Below, in pieces: positions 10,828-23,492 of a stretch of 64,000 nucleotides of DNA. The stretch covers positions 6,324,001 to 6,388,000 of the forward strand of contig NC_043023.1 of assembly GCF_006345805.1 (NCBI RefSeq), read 5' to 3'. A model generated the notes under the pieces. It was not told the DNA's origin. It saw only the letters and a program-made list of their open reading frames with translations, and did no database searches. Numbering within the stretch: position 1 is the stretch's first letter; the number at the start of each line of letters is the position of its first letter. The stretch comes from Octopus sinensis. Taxonomy: Eukaryota. Position numbers and translations under genes: made by a program.

Positions 10828-13634
10828 CACTACCGCCCATCCTCGGCAGACAGGGAGCAAAATAAATGTTAAACTGTCCGCCAAACAGGGAGTTTAGGGC
10901 CCGTGGCTCGTGGAGTCTGGTCTCACTTATGGCTATGATTCCCAAATCGTGTGACTTGATGTCATTTAGGAGGTATCCTTGTTTCCAAGGAGACCCCAAG
11001 CCATGCGCATTGACACAACCAATCTTGACCATGATTCTATTGGGGTGTGTGCTTTAAAATACAAAAGGGAAAGTACAGAGAGTTACTTGTGTCGAAAGTT
11101 TTGGCTTCCTCGTCCTTTGATGTGTCTTGGAGGAGGTTTTTATAGAGTTTTTGTGAAAGGTATATTTGGAACCCACCAACCGCATTTGGAAAGAGGGCTT
11201 CGTGTGTGTGGTGTTGTGTTTGTGTGATGTGTAGTATTTTGATGTGTTTGGGTGGTGTAGTGCGTGGATGGTTGTTAGTTCTGAAGTCATCTTCACAGAT
11301 GACTGTGATGTACTCCATTAGTTTGGAGTCTTTGGTGTCTATTGCTGATAGCATTGTGTGTGTTTTTGTGGTGTTGGTGCTTGTTTGGTTGTGTATGGAG
11401 CTTTCAGGGTTCAGATATCTCCCTGCTTTGGTTGCATTTTCTTGGTTGTTTTTCTTTTATCTTTTTCTTTTACCACCGGTGGCTATTTGCCATTCTGTCG
11501 AACTTTCATCGTCAGATGAAATGTCTGACGAATCAGCAGGGGGCAAGGGTGAAGCATCTGGGTCCGTTTGTGCGGGGTGGTTTGGTGTGGTGATTGTCTC
11601 TCCTACATCCTTGGTGCTTGTCTTCGTTGTTGTTCTCGGTGTTGGAATTGGTTTAGTTGTTGGTGGTGGTGATGGTTCTGTTCTTGGCGCAGGTGGTGGT
11701 GTTGTTTGGTTGGGTTGGTCCGTTCTTTGTTGCTTTTCATGCATTTCTGCATATAGCTTCTTGATTAGCCGTCCATACTGTGGTGTGGGCAATAATGCTG
11801 GCTTTTGTGGTTTTTTCCTGTGGCTGTGGTTGTTGTTTCGCGGCAGATTTGCTCTCCTTTTTGAGGTGTGTTTCACTGCCGCATGTATAGCAGCGTGGCC
11901 TTCTGCCCTCGACTACTACATACAACTTGCGGTCATCCGCAAGATGTACGTGGGTGGGAATTTTATTGATGTCGTCTTGACTTATGTGGAAGAGGAACTC
12001 CATTCTCTTTCCCAGCCAGTCCTTGTTTTTCGAAACACCGATATCTAGGATGTTTAAGTCCTCCATTTCGGATGTTAAGGCGGATGTTATCCACAGTGTT
12101 GTTGTTACTTCGGGGTCATTATTGATAATGACCTTTGTCACTTTCTGGCCAAGGTAACTGGGTGTCATTGTTAGCTCATCTGAATGAAGAGTTAGCGTTG
12201 GGAACTGCTTTGCCAACTCTTCATTCTGAAAAACCACTTGTACGTGGGCAAACTTGTTCGACCAAGTCACATACTCCTTGTATCCCCAGATGGGGCGTAG
12301 GCACTTTTCTATTTTGTCTGTGCTTGCCTTTTCTGGACTTTTAGTTGTTTTATTTGTTATTTTATAAACAATGGTTTTCTTTTTTTCCTCATTCAGTATG
12401 TGTTGTGGACGAGGACATTAATGAAATGAATGATAATGAAAGAAAGATGATGGGGATGGGAGAAGACAAAAAGCGCCCGCGACTTCTGCCTCTCTAAAAC
12501 ATTGTTCTTTTAAAAACAAACACAAAACGAGGTATTAAACCTCTTACAATTTTTACAACTTTTCAATTTTTGGACTTAACAGTCCATTACTAAGAACAAC
12601 AACATAGTTCAATAATTACATATGATATAAATACAATACAGAAAGCCCCTCCTCCCAGACCTGGCTTACATTTCCCTTAGGAAGTGGCCAGCTCTAGGTT
12701 GGTATCACAATTTATGACTCATCCTCAAAATAACAAACACAAATATTCCTTGTATCCCCAGATGGGGTGTAGGCACTTTTCTATTTTGTCCGTGCTTGCT
12801 TTTTCTGGACTTTTAGTTGTGTTGTTTGTTATTTTATAAATAATCGTTTTCTTTTTTTCCTCATTCAGTATGTGTTGTGGTATATGTAATTGTATTTTGC
12901 CGTTTTCTTTGGCGATTAGGGCTCTGGAGTCTTTTATCTGCTGTGCAGTAAACGATACTCTTGTTATTTTTTCTTTTATCGCCTCAGCGAAGTTTGTTGT
13001 TGTTTTGTTTGTGTTTTGTTTCTGTTCTTGGCGCAGGTGGTGGTGTTGTTTGGTTGGGTTGGTCCGTTCTTTGTTGCTTTTCATGCATTTCTTGATTAGC
13101 CGTCCATAATGTGGTGTGTATAGCAGCGTGGCCTTCTGCCCTCGACTACTACATACAATTTGCGGTCATCCGCAAGATGTACGTGGGTGGGAAGCTTATT
13201 GATGTCGTCTTGACTTATGTGGAAGAGAATCTCCATTCTCTTTCCCAGCCAGTCCTTGTTTTTCGAAACACCGATATCTAGGATGTTTAAGTCCTCCATT
13301 TCGGATGTTAAGGCGGATGTTATCCACAGTGTTGTTGTTACTTGGGGGACATTATTGATAATGACCTTTGTCACCTTCTGGCCAAGGTAACTGGGTGTCA
13401 TTGTTAGCTCATCTGAATGAAGAGTTAGCGTTGGGAACTGCTTTGCCAACTCTTCATTCTGAAAAACCACCTGTATGTGGGCAAATTTGTTCGACCAAGT
13501 CACATACTCCTTGTATCCCCAGATGGGGCATAGGCACTTTTCTATTTTGTCCGTGCTTGCCTTTTCTGGACTTTTAGTTGTTTTATTTGTTATTTTATAA
13601 ACAATGGTTTTCTTTTTTTCCTCAATCAGTATGT

Positions 13635-14676
13635 GTTGTGGACGAGGACATTAATGAAGTGAATGATAATGAAAGAAAGATGATGGGGATGGGAGAAGAC
13701 AAAAAGCACCCGCCGACTTCTGCCTCTCTAAAACATTGTTCTTTTAAAAACAAACACAAAACGAGGAATTAAACCTCTTACAATTTTTACAACTTTTCAA
13801 TTTTTGGACTTAACAGTCCATTACTAACAACAACATAGTTCAATAATTACATATGATATAAATACAATACAGAAAGCCCCTCCTCCCAGACTCGACTTCA
13901 AAATAACTTGTGCCCGCACCCTCCGCCATCCACCACGCCTCCCTCAGAATGTAATCGAGTTCCGTGTTAGCGTCACCCGGGACCAAGCTATAATCCTCAT
14001 TGAGCTCCTTCAGCCCAAGCGTCACGTCGAACGCCATGGCCTTCACAGCTACCTGCGGAGGCCATTCGGGGTCCTGTGTGAAGGCTAAAAGTGCTCCCTT
14101 ATGGTGCTTTTCCATCACCTTTTCAATCTCTCCGCTTCTATGGAAGAGGATCAATACATCGTTTTTCCTCAGGTGCGGGATATTCAATTCTTTCGTTGGC
14201 GGCACAGTCCCCGCCAATGGAATTTCTTCTCCTGTCGGTGGCACAACCCCAACTGACGTAGTTCCGGGACATTCCGGTACTATGTCACCGATTGCCGGTA
14301 ATGTCCCGTTTCTCTTCCTCTTTTTCTTTTTTTTCTTTTCAACTGAGGGAGGGTGCGTCTCCTCCGTGGCCGGAAGAGTCGCCTTTCCCTCCTCATCCCT
14401 AGTATCCTTTGGTGAGTACCCATTGTTGCTCACCTTCCTCTTTCGGCCTCTGTTTGAGGAGTCCTCCACTTCCTCGGCCGTTTTCATTCCCTTTTCTACA
14501 GGGGTTTCACTTAACTGCTCCGGGATCCTATTTTGTTCCTGGGGACAGTTTTTCTTTATATGGCCGGACTCCAAGCACCGATGACACCTGGGGGGGGGGG
14601 CGACCCTCAAGTATCACCGGGTACCTGCACCTGGCCATTTAAAAAAAATCTGGAAGAACCAGATTGGCTGATTGGG
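13635..14676 (-). mobile_element. ORF1-only Tx1-like family, 3' half (zinc knuckle, C-terminal domain, 3' UTR)
   Basis: PPRCHRCLESGHIKKNC...LAFTQDPEWPPQVAV...GAGTSYFE is homologous to ORF 32401-32808 and is followed directly by the same 3' UTR. Confidence 0.8.
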
Positions 14677-17600
14677 TCCAAAGAGACCCCAAGCCACGCG
14701 CATTCACACAACCAATCTTGACCATGATTCTATTGGGGTGTGTGCTTTAAAACACAAAAAGGAAAGTACAGAGAGTTACTTACTTGTGTCGAAAGTTTTG
14801 GCTTCCTCGTTCTTTGTGTCTTCGAGGAGGTTTTTATAAAGTTTTTGGGAGAGATATTTTTGGAAACCCCCAACCGCATTTGGAAAGAGGGCTTTGAGTT
14901 TGTGGTGTTGTTTGTGTGATGTGTAGTATTTTGATGTGTTTGGGTGGTGTAGTGCGTGGATGGTTGTTAGTTCTGAAGTCATCTTCACAGATGACTGTGA
15001 TGTACTCCATTAGTTTGGAGTCTTTGGTGTCTATTGCTGATAGCATTGTGTGTGTTTTTGTGGTGTTGGTGCTTGTTTGGTTGTGTATGGAGCTTTCAGG
15101 TTTCAGGTATCTCCCTGCTTTGGTTGCATTTTCTTGTTTGGGTTTTTTTTCATTTTTTTCTTTTACCACCGGTGGCTATTTGCCATTCTGTCGAACTTTC
15201 ATCGTCAGATGAAAAGTCTGACGAATCAGCAGGGGGCAAGGGTGAAGCATCTGGGTCCGTTTGTGCGGGGTGGTTTGGTGTGGTGATTGTCTCTCCTACA
15301 TCCTTGGTGCTTGTCTTCATTGTTGTTCTCGGTGTTGGAATTGGTTTAGTTGTTGTTGGTGGTGATGGTTCTGTTCTTGGCGCAGGTGGTGGTGTTGTTT
15401 GGTTGGGTTGGTCCGTTCTTTGTTGCTTTTCATGCATTTCTGCATATAGCTTCTTGATTAGCCGTCCATACTGTGGTGTGGGCAATAATGCTGGCTTTTG
15501 TGGTTTTTTCCTGTGGCTGTGGTTGTTGTTGTTTCGCGGCAGATTTGCACTCCTTTTTGAGGTGTGTTTCACTGCCGCATGTATAGCAGCGTGGCCTTCT
15601 GCCCTCGACTACTACATACAACTTGCGGTCATCCGCAAGATGTACGTGGGTGGGTATTTTATTGATGTCGTCTTGACTTATGTGGAAGAGGAACTCCATT
15701 CTCTTTCCCAGCCAGTCCTTGTTTTTCGAAACACCGATATCTAGGATGTTTAAGTCCTCCATTTCGGATGTTAAGGCGGATGTTATCCACAGTGTTGTTG
15801 TTACTTGGGGGACATTATTGATAATGACCTTTGTCACCTTCTGGCCAAGGTAACTGGGTGTCATTGTTAGCTCATCTGAATGAAGAGTTAGCGTTGGGAA
15901 CTGCTTTGCCAACTCTTCATTCTGAAAAACCACCTGTACGTGGGCAAATTTGTTCGACCAAGTCACATACTCCTTGTATCCCCAGATGGGGCGTAGGCAC
16001 TTTTCTATTTTGTCTGTGCTTGCCTTTTCTGGACTTTTAGTTGTTTTATTTGTTATTTAATAAACAATGGTTTTCTTTTTTTCCTCATTCAGTATGTGTT
16101 GTGGACGAGGACATTAATGAAATGAATGATAATGAAAGAAAGATGATGGGGACGGGAGAAGACAAAAAGCGCCCGCCGACTTCTGCCTCTCTAAAACATT
16201 GTTCTTTTAAAAACAAACACAACACGGAAACATTGCCAGGCCAGGGATTTCTGGTAATTATCCAGGTACCCCGGCCCGAACGTTAACAGAACGTTTTAGT
16301 ATTTACAATATAATGTGTACAGTATTTACAATATAGAGTTTACAAATTTAATATTACACAGTAGGGCAAGGAACCCAACCATCTAGGTAGAACCTTTACT
16401 TCTTGATCCGGCCACACTTACCTGGTGCCAAATATACCCAGCTTGCAAGCTACAGACTTCCATCTTTTCACAAACATATCTCGTGACAGACACCTCTTCT
16501 CCAGCCTGATCTTAACCAACCCCTGGCCGTATACAAAGGTACCTGTCACTATACCTTTCGTACGTGTCTTCCATACTGTTTCTTTCAGTATGGCTACTAC
16601 GCAGGAAAAACAAGCCTTCCTTTCCCTGCTGAGGAAGGGAGGTGGCACAATCTCAATGATAGTTCCGCTGATAGCTGTACTCTTCCACTCACTGACAACA
16701 GTTGTTTGGCAAAAGCAATCAGTCCCGATAACTCCGGGCACTCCACGAATGCGTGCTAGACGGTTTCCCTATCCTGCTCACATCGCGGACATGTCAGCAA
16801 GACAGCACTTCCGTGCCTCGACAGCTTGTCGTGAACAGGTAAAGCCGCACGGAAACACTGCCAGGCCAGGGATTTCTGGTAATTATCCAGGTACCTCGGC
16901 CCGAATGTTCTCCGGCACTACCGCCCATCCTCAGCAGACAGGGAGCAAAATAAATGTTAAACTGTCCGCCAAACAGGGAGTTTAGGGCCCGTGGCTCGTG
17001 GAGTCTGGTCTCACTTATGGCTATGATTCCCAAATCGTGTGACTTGGTGTCATTTAGGAGGTATCCTTGTTTCCAAGGAGACCCCAAGCCACGCGCATTC
17101 ACACAACCAATCTTGACCATGATTCTATTGGGGTGTGTGCTTTAAAACACAAAAGGGAAAGTACAGAGAGTTACTTGTGTCGAAAGTTTTGGCTTCCTCG
17201 TCCTTTGATGTGTCTTGGAGGAGGTTTTTATAGAGTTTTTGTGAAAGGTATATTTGGAACCCACCAACCGCATTTGGAAAGAGGGCTTCGTGTGTGTGGT
17301 GTTCTTTTAAAAACAAACACAAAACGAGGTATTAAACCTCTTACAATTTTTACAACTTTTCAATTTTTGGACTTAACAGTCCATTACTAAGAACAACAAC
17401 ATAGTTCAATAATTACATATGATATAAATACAATACACAAAGCCCCTCCTCCCAGACCTGGCTTACATTTCCCTTAGGAAGTGGCCAGCTCTAGGTTGGT
17501 ATCACAATTTATGACTCATCCTCAAAATAACAAACACAAATACTCCTTGTATCCCCAGATGGGGTGTAGGCACTTTTCTATTTTGTCCGTGCTTGCTTTT

Positions 17601-18744
17601 TCTGGACTTTTAGTTGTGTTGTTTGTTATTTTATAAATAATCGTTTTCTTTTTTTCCTCATTCAGTATGTGTTGTGGTATATGTAATTGTATTTTGCCGT
17701 TTTCTTTGGCGATTAGGGCTCTGGAGTCTTTTATCTGCTGTGCAGTAAACGATACTCTTGTTATTTTTTCTTTTATCGCCTCAGCGAAGTTTGTTGTTTT
17801 GTTTGTGTTTTGTTTCTGTTCTTGGCGCAGGTGGTGGTGTTGTTTGGTTGGGTTGGTCCGTTCTTTGTTGCTTTTCATGCATTTCTTGATTAGCCGTCCA
17901 TAATGTGGTGTGTATAGCAGCGTGGCCTTCTGCCCTCGACTACTACATACAATTTGCGGTCATCCGCAAGATGTACGTGGGTGGGAAGCTTATTGATGTC
18001 GTCTTGACTTATGTGGAAGAGAATCTCCATTCTCTTTCCCAGCCAGTCCTTGTTTTTCGAAACACCGATATCTAGGATGTTTAAGTCCTCCATTTCGGAT
18101 GTTAAGGCGGATGTTATCCACAGTGTTGTTGTTACTTGGGGGACATTATTGATAATGACCTTTGTCACCTTCTGGCCAAGGTAACTGGGTGTCATTGTTA
18201 GCTCATCTGAATGAAGAGTTAGCGTTGGAAACTGCTTTGCCAACTCTTCATTCTGAAAAACCACCTGTACGTGGGCAAACTTGTTCGACCAAGTCACATA
18301 CTCCTTGTATCCCCAGATGGGGCATAGGCACTTTTCTATTTTGTCCGTGCTTGCCTTTTCTGGACTTTTAGTTGTTTTATTTGTTATTTTATAAACAATG
18401 GTTTTCTTTTTTTCCTCAATCAGTATGTGTTGTGGACGAGGACATTAATGAAGTGAATGATAATGAAAGAAAGATGATGGGGATGGGAGAAGACAAAAAG
18501 CACCCGCCGACTTCTGCCTCTCTAAAACATTGTTCTTTTAAAAACAAACACAAAACGAGGAATTAAACCTCTTACAATTTTTACAACTTTTCAATTTTTG
18601 GACTTAACAGTCCATTACTAACAACAACATAGTTCAATAATTACATATGATATAAATACAATACAGAAAGCCCCTCCTCCCAGACTCGACTTCAAAATAA
18701 CTTGTGCCCGCACCCTCCGCCATCCACCACGCCTCCCTCAGAAT

Positions 18745-19012
18745 GTAATCTTCGATAAAAGATAGGGATTGACTTCCTGCTTTTCTTGTAGTTCACAAAA
18801 TGCATTCAATCATGACTGCTTTTGATTTTCTGTGAGCAAGTGAGGCATAAATTTTGCTGCAACACTTTTCATTTGCAATTCCTCGCTCAAGATTCGTTGA
18901 CAGGAGCTCCAGGACTCACCAGTCATATCAACAAGTTCGGTCAATTGTTCGGTGAATGCCTTCCAGAATCAGTTCATGAATTTTCATGATGTTTTCATTT
19001 GTTTGGGAGGGT
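18745..19012 (-). mobile_element. mariner transposase N-terminal remnant
   Basis: After one frameshift: TIDELVDMTGESWSSCQRILSEELQMKSVAAKFMPHLLTENQKQS, matching the mariner HTH / AAKFVPRLL region. Confidence 0.8.
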
Positions 19013-19014
19013 TC

Positions 19015-19106
19015 ACCCTGCTGCTTGGTGGGGCACCTGCCGGGTGCAGCCCCACCCTGCTGCATGGTGGGGCACCTGCCGGGTGCAGCCCCACCCTGCT
19101 GCATGA
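19015..19106. repeat. 39-bp GC-rich tandem repeat (~2.3 copies) at the R2/28S-mariner junction
   Basis: ccctgctgcatggtggggcacctgccgggtgcagcccca is repeated; it gives MQQGGAAPGRCPT twice in ORF 18928-19404. Confidence 0.9.
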
Positions 19107-19126
19107 TGAGGCATTTGGCTACCTTA
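19103..19126 (-). rRNA. 24-nt 28S rRNA fragment (downstream half of the R2 target), not a gene
   Basis: Minus strand TAAGGTAGCCAAATGCCTCATCAT versus conserved 28S TAAGGTAGCCAAATGCCTCGTCAT (23/24). Confidence 0.9.
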
Positions 19127-22100
19127 TTTACTGTGGGTGGTCCCACATGCACTTCATCGATAGCGACGTGCACGCTGTCCATCTGGTCTTTTTCCGTCGC
19201 GCTCTGCCATGGCCAGTGATTGAATTCACGGCGCCAGACTTCATATCGGCGGTTGTCGATTCCGGTGGTGTCCGTTTTCCCCTCCGGGTTGTCGCACCCC
19301 TCAGGTGGCATCATTGGTATGGCGGCCAGGTACTCGTGTTTTGCCGCACATAGCACTGTGAGGTGGCAATGCCAGCGGTGAAGCATCAGAGTTCGGCCGC
19401 TCACACTTGACGCTCATCGGGCGGGCATGGATCGTTATTCCTGTCCGGTGTTCTCCCGCTCCATGTGAATAACGCGGGATTATCGTTGTTTTCGGGAATG
19501 TCCCCGCAGGAGTCAGGGTGCTTCGGCTGCGGGGATGTCGTATCCGAGAATGTTTGTCTTCGTTTTCTGACTGGCTCACGTACTGGAAGGCGGGTCCAGT
19601 CGTCCCGAGCCCTCAGCCCTGCGATGGTTAGTGCAGGGTACTAAAAGCTCGATGCACGCCTTGCTTTGGGGAACCCATGGAGGGAAACCGGCGGGGTGGC
19701 CGACAAAATCGCGAGATGACGGTTGCGATAGGCTTCGGGAAATCGATACCGAGGGAGGCCGATGTAAGGATCGAACCTCATCTGCTGGTTCTGACGATAA
19801 CCTCTTAGTAGCAGCGCCCAAGTGTGGGCCACACTGTCTGATCCCCGCCCTTGGATCAACTCCTCAGCATATTAAACATGCAGAGCATCGCGGTTCTGCT
19901 CAGCAGCCTCATGAAACGCTTGTCATTGATGCGCAGCCAGCGCCTCCTTGGCCTCGGTGCACCATGCGCCGCAGGCCTCTATTGGACAACCGAACACTCT
20001 TACCGGTACATCCAGCTCCCTACGGAGAAGCGGGATCAGCGGCCGGTACTTCCTCTCCATCTTGCGCGCGGCGTCACGCAATGCTGTACCTTGCTTGTAC
20101 CTGACAGTTACGTCCACGATGACGACTTCGCTAGAGCTGCGGAATACTGGGTCGGGAATATACCTGGACCCCGATACTCGATAGATCGGTTCCCAGCCGG
20201 TCACCCAGCCATACCATTCAGCTTCCCTAGCCACCAGCCGGCATATTCGTGTGTGCCTGGCCAGCCTCTGCGTTTTGAAGCGTGAGCACTGGCCACTGAT
20301 GTGGGAGATCATTTCTGACGCGCTTCCGCACCTCCTGCAGGTGCTATCACCACTGCCTCCACGAGTGAGGCATTCGCGTGTGGGAAACGTATTGATCCGC
20401 ATCTTGAGTATCCCCAAGTAGCATTCCTCAGATATCCCACCCGGGCGCGTCAACCAGCTGCTTCCGATCGGGTCCGATTTAAAGGTAGCAGCACAAACAC
20501 CCTGGACCGGTTGGGATTCCCACCTCTTGGCGTGCATGAGGCGGAGGTCAGGGGTGTATGGGTTGCCATCATCTCGGACAGATGGTAGATCGAACAGGGC
20601 GGATAGCTCTTCGTTCTTATAGGCCAGGTCTGCTGCCCGAACTATTATTCGAACGGCGTCGTAATCGGAATTCAGTAGAAATAGATTCATACGAATCACG
20701 TTTTTCGGGATAGCGCGTGCCAACTGACAGAGGCTTACACCCAGTCCCTTCTTGCGCTATATAGGAAGCTTTTCGTAGTCGAATCGGGGAGATGGAGCAT
20801 CCTTCGCGCCCCGCCTCTTACAGCCATATCTAATCTCTCTAACGCTACTTTTGAGGGCATCGCCTGCGTTAGCCCGTTAAAACAGACTCGGCAGGGAGTA
20901 CTGCTGTAGCATCAGGAACTTCTGACGGGGCTTCAATGGAGCCCGGCATAGTTCATCTATACATCGTGTTACGGTCTTGACCGATGCATCTCTGATCTGT
21001 GTCGACCAGGGGCCAGCTCTTACCCCTAGGTACGGCATGCTTTCATCCGGTTCGACTCGAGGCAGCAAACATCCCTCGAGTTTCGGCGGCGGCGACACGT
21101 TTACAAGGAAAGACTTTCCCCAGTTTCGAATGGAGAACCATGCGCACTTGGCAACGTTAATGGAGAGTCCTACCGCGTGGTAGAACTCCGAGCAGCGATT
21201 TAAGAGGCTCTGTAGACCTCGGCTGGTGCCGGAGACTAGCACTAAGTCATCCGCGTATGCGAGGCCCGCCATGACCGCACCTCCGACCTGGAGACCCATA
21301 TCGTCGGGCAGGGTGTCCACCAGCGGGTCGGTCGCGATATTGAAAAGGAGCGGTGATAGGGGGTCTCCCTGTCGGACACCGCGCCTAATCTCGATAGGCG
21401 TGCTACTCTCGGTCCCAATCGTGAAGGTAGTGGTGCAGCCCTCATAGAGCTGCCCCACTAGTCGTATCAGGTGGCTATGATAGCCGAGCCTTCTCATGCC
21501 TGCAAAAATGAGGGAGTGTGAGACCGTATCGAAGGCTTTGGCGAGGTCAAGGAAGGCTATCTCTAGCCCCGGGAGCTTAGGTCGTGCGTGCGTTGCCCCC
21601 CGGGCGTGGTCCAGTAGCCGGCGGAGCAGAAAATTATTCCCTCCACATCCATCGGCCTTAACGAAACCGCGCTGGGCGGGGTTGAGGGCGTGGCCTGGAG
21701 CATCCTGGCAGCCAGCACCTTAGTGTATAAGCGGTACACCGCGGAGCAGATCGTGAGCAGCCGCCAGTTGGACAGGTCATTTGGGCTTCCTGCCTTCTTA
21801 CGAAGGAGGATTGACCTGCCACGCAACAGGACCCTCGGAACGCGTCCCGTTAGTAGTAGGCAATTGAATATGTTGGCGAGGGCCGCAGGGTCGACTGCCC
21901 TGACTTCGCAAGGTGTCAGGCCATCGGGGCTGGCGGCTGAGGCCGGATCCATGCGTCGGCGGGCGATCTTTATCTCCTCCAAGGTGAACGGACACAGAAT
22001 CGGGGTGTTGTCCACCATGGAGGAGGCCGGATAGGCGCCTAGATCGACCTCTGGCCCCGTTGAGAGCGAATAGTCGCTGGTATCGCGCGTATTGCTGTGC

Positions 22101-23450
22101 TTTTGCGCGTCTGCTCGATTTGTTAGACCCGAAGCCGAATCTAAGATTCAATAGCCCTGCCTTGGCACCAGGGGCGGACTTCCTAGTCCTTTCACGGGCA
22201 CCCACACGGCTCGATGCCATGTGGCCCACCCAATCCTCGACACGGTTCTCGAACTCGTTCCAGCTCGACTCTGAGCAGTCATCGCTGAGTGTCAGAAGGC
22301 TCTCAGCGAAAGACGATGCCCATGCGGAGTGACCTGACGATGCAGCTCCACTGAACGGCTCCCGCCAGTCTGAGCTGGCGGGCTGTGGCGGTGCCGTACT
22401 CCTCGCAGCTGTTATACCTCGCGCGGCAGCGGGGGCCTGTGGGACTTTCAGGCGATCTTTACGCAGATAGCAACGCTTGTCGCTGATCTGTTTTGCCGTT
22501 TTGTCCGGCAGCCAAGGGGCTATTCCAACATTGACTTGCTTACAACCCGCTTCAAGCAGCTCTTTTTCCTTTGTTAGGAGGATTTCTGTCTCCTCCTCCG
22601 TCCAGCACCCTCGCGGCGCTCTCCCTGTGGTGCGCGCGATTCGGGCGCGCTGTCCTCTCTTGCGCGCTATATCTTTCACGTAACTGGCGATCCTGTGCCT
22701 GTTCGCCTGCACAGGGTGCTTGTGCCGAAGGTGTTGTGACAGCCCCGGAGGCTTGGCTACACCAGTCACATCCGTGCGGGAGCTGGTTCGTAACTAGTGC
22801 CGTTGGAACCGCGTTCCCCTTGCACTTTGCCGCATGGCATCTAACTGAGTGGAGGTGGCCGCTCTCGAGGCCGCAGCGACTGCATCTGAAAACAGGCTTC
22901 GTATCGTGCCTGTTGAGAACGTGGAGCCCCCATTCGAAGGGGCCCGAGAAGTGTCGGGGGCAGAGTGGACACACAATAGAAATCGACGCGCATGGAATCT
23001 CCTTGACGAACGCCTCGGCTGGCGGTTGGCGGGTCATTTCGCCATCACCAGCCCTCCCCGCTTGCGTTCCGTCCTCAAGGGAGCGAGGGGGAACGGACAT
23101 GGGAAGGTCGGCGGGAGTTGTTCACCACGGAGAACCAACGTATAGGATGCGCATTCGAGGATTAAGCGTCCCGGTCTATCCCTGGAAACGGTAAGCGACC
23201 TAAAGCCGCTTCTAACTGACAAATTCTGTGGGTCTACCTGAATACACCGAGGAGGGCAAAACCCTGTACCTACCTCAGGGGGAAGTAACTTTTTGCTGCA
23301 CCGTGGTCGCATCCCACTTCGCAACAGTTCCTGTGGCCCTCCCCGGGACCTCGAGGCCGCTAGCTTATCGACGCCTAGCTTCCGTATGAGACTTACCTTT
23401 TGTACTGACATCTTAAGTTTTCGACAGTTCCTCCGTGAACCCGAGCCGAC
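19127..23450 (-). mobile_element. R2 non-LTR retrotransposon, near full length, frameshifted (R2-A-type N-terminus)
   Basis: N-terminal CCHH (CPLC..HVLNRH), CCHC (CSRC..HAAKC) and CCHH (CDWC..HLRHKH) fingers plus Myb-like WTEEETEIL. RT motifs DLAKAFDTVSH, GVRQGDPLSPLLFN and AYADD. C-terminal CRRC..HISGQC and RH..YIPD..VDV restriction-like endonuclease. 28S target pieces lie at both ends. Confidence 0.93.
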
Positions 23451-23492
23451 GAGTCATAGTTACTCCCGCCGTTTACCCTCGCTTGGTTGAAT
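23451..23492 (-). rRNA. 42-nt 28S rRNA fragment (upstream half of the R2 target), not a gene
   Basis: Minus strand ATTCAACCAAGCGAGGGTAAACGGCGGGAGTAACTATGACTC matches the conserved LSU stretch ...AAGCGCGGGTAAACGGCGGGAGTAACTATGACTC. Confidence 0.92.

Larger units (their letters stand above)
8591..18750. repeat. Nested tandem-duplication array of Tx1 and ORF1-only element fragments (periods ~6.09, ~2.39 and ~1.23 kb)
   Basis: Near-identical ORFs recur at offsets 6086-6089 (9341/15430, 10336/16425), 4794-4797 (12725/17522, 13096/17890) and 2393-2396 (8473/10866, 9341/11737). Confidence 0.95.

Noticed and set aside
8591-18750. CRISPR-like or prophage interpretation of the repeated modules
   Set aside because: The units are kilobase-scale LINE fragments with no short repeat-spacer structure or cas/phage genes, and the sequence is eukaryotic.
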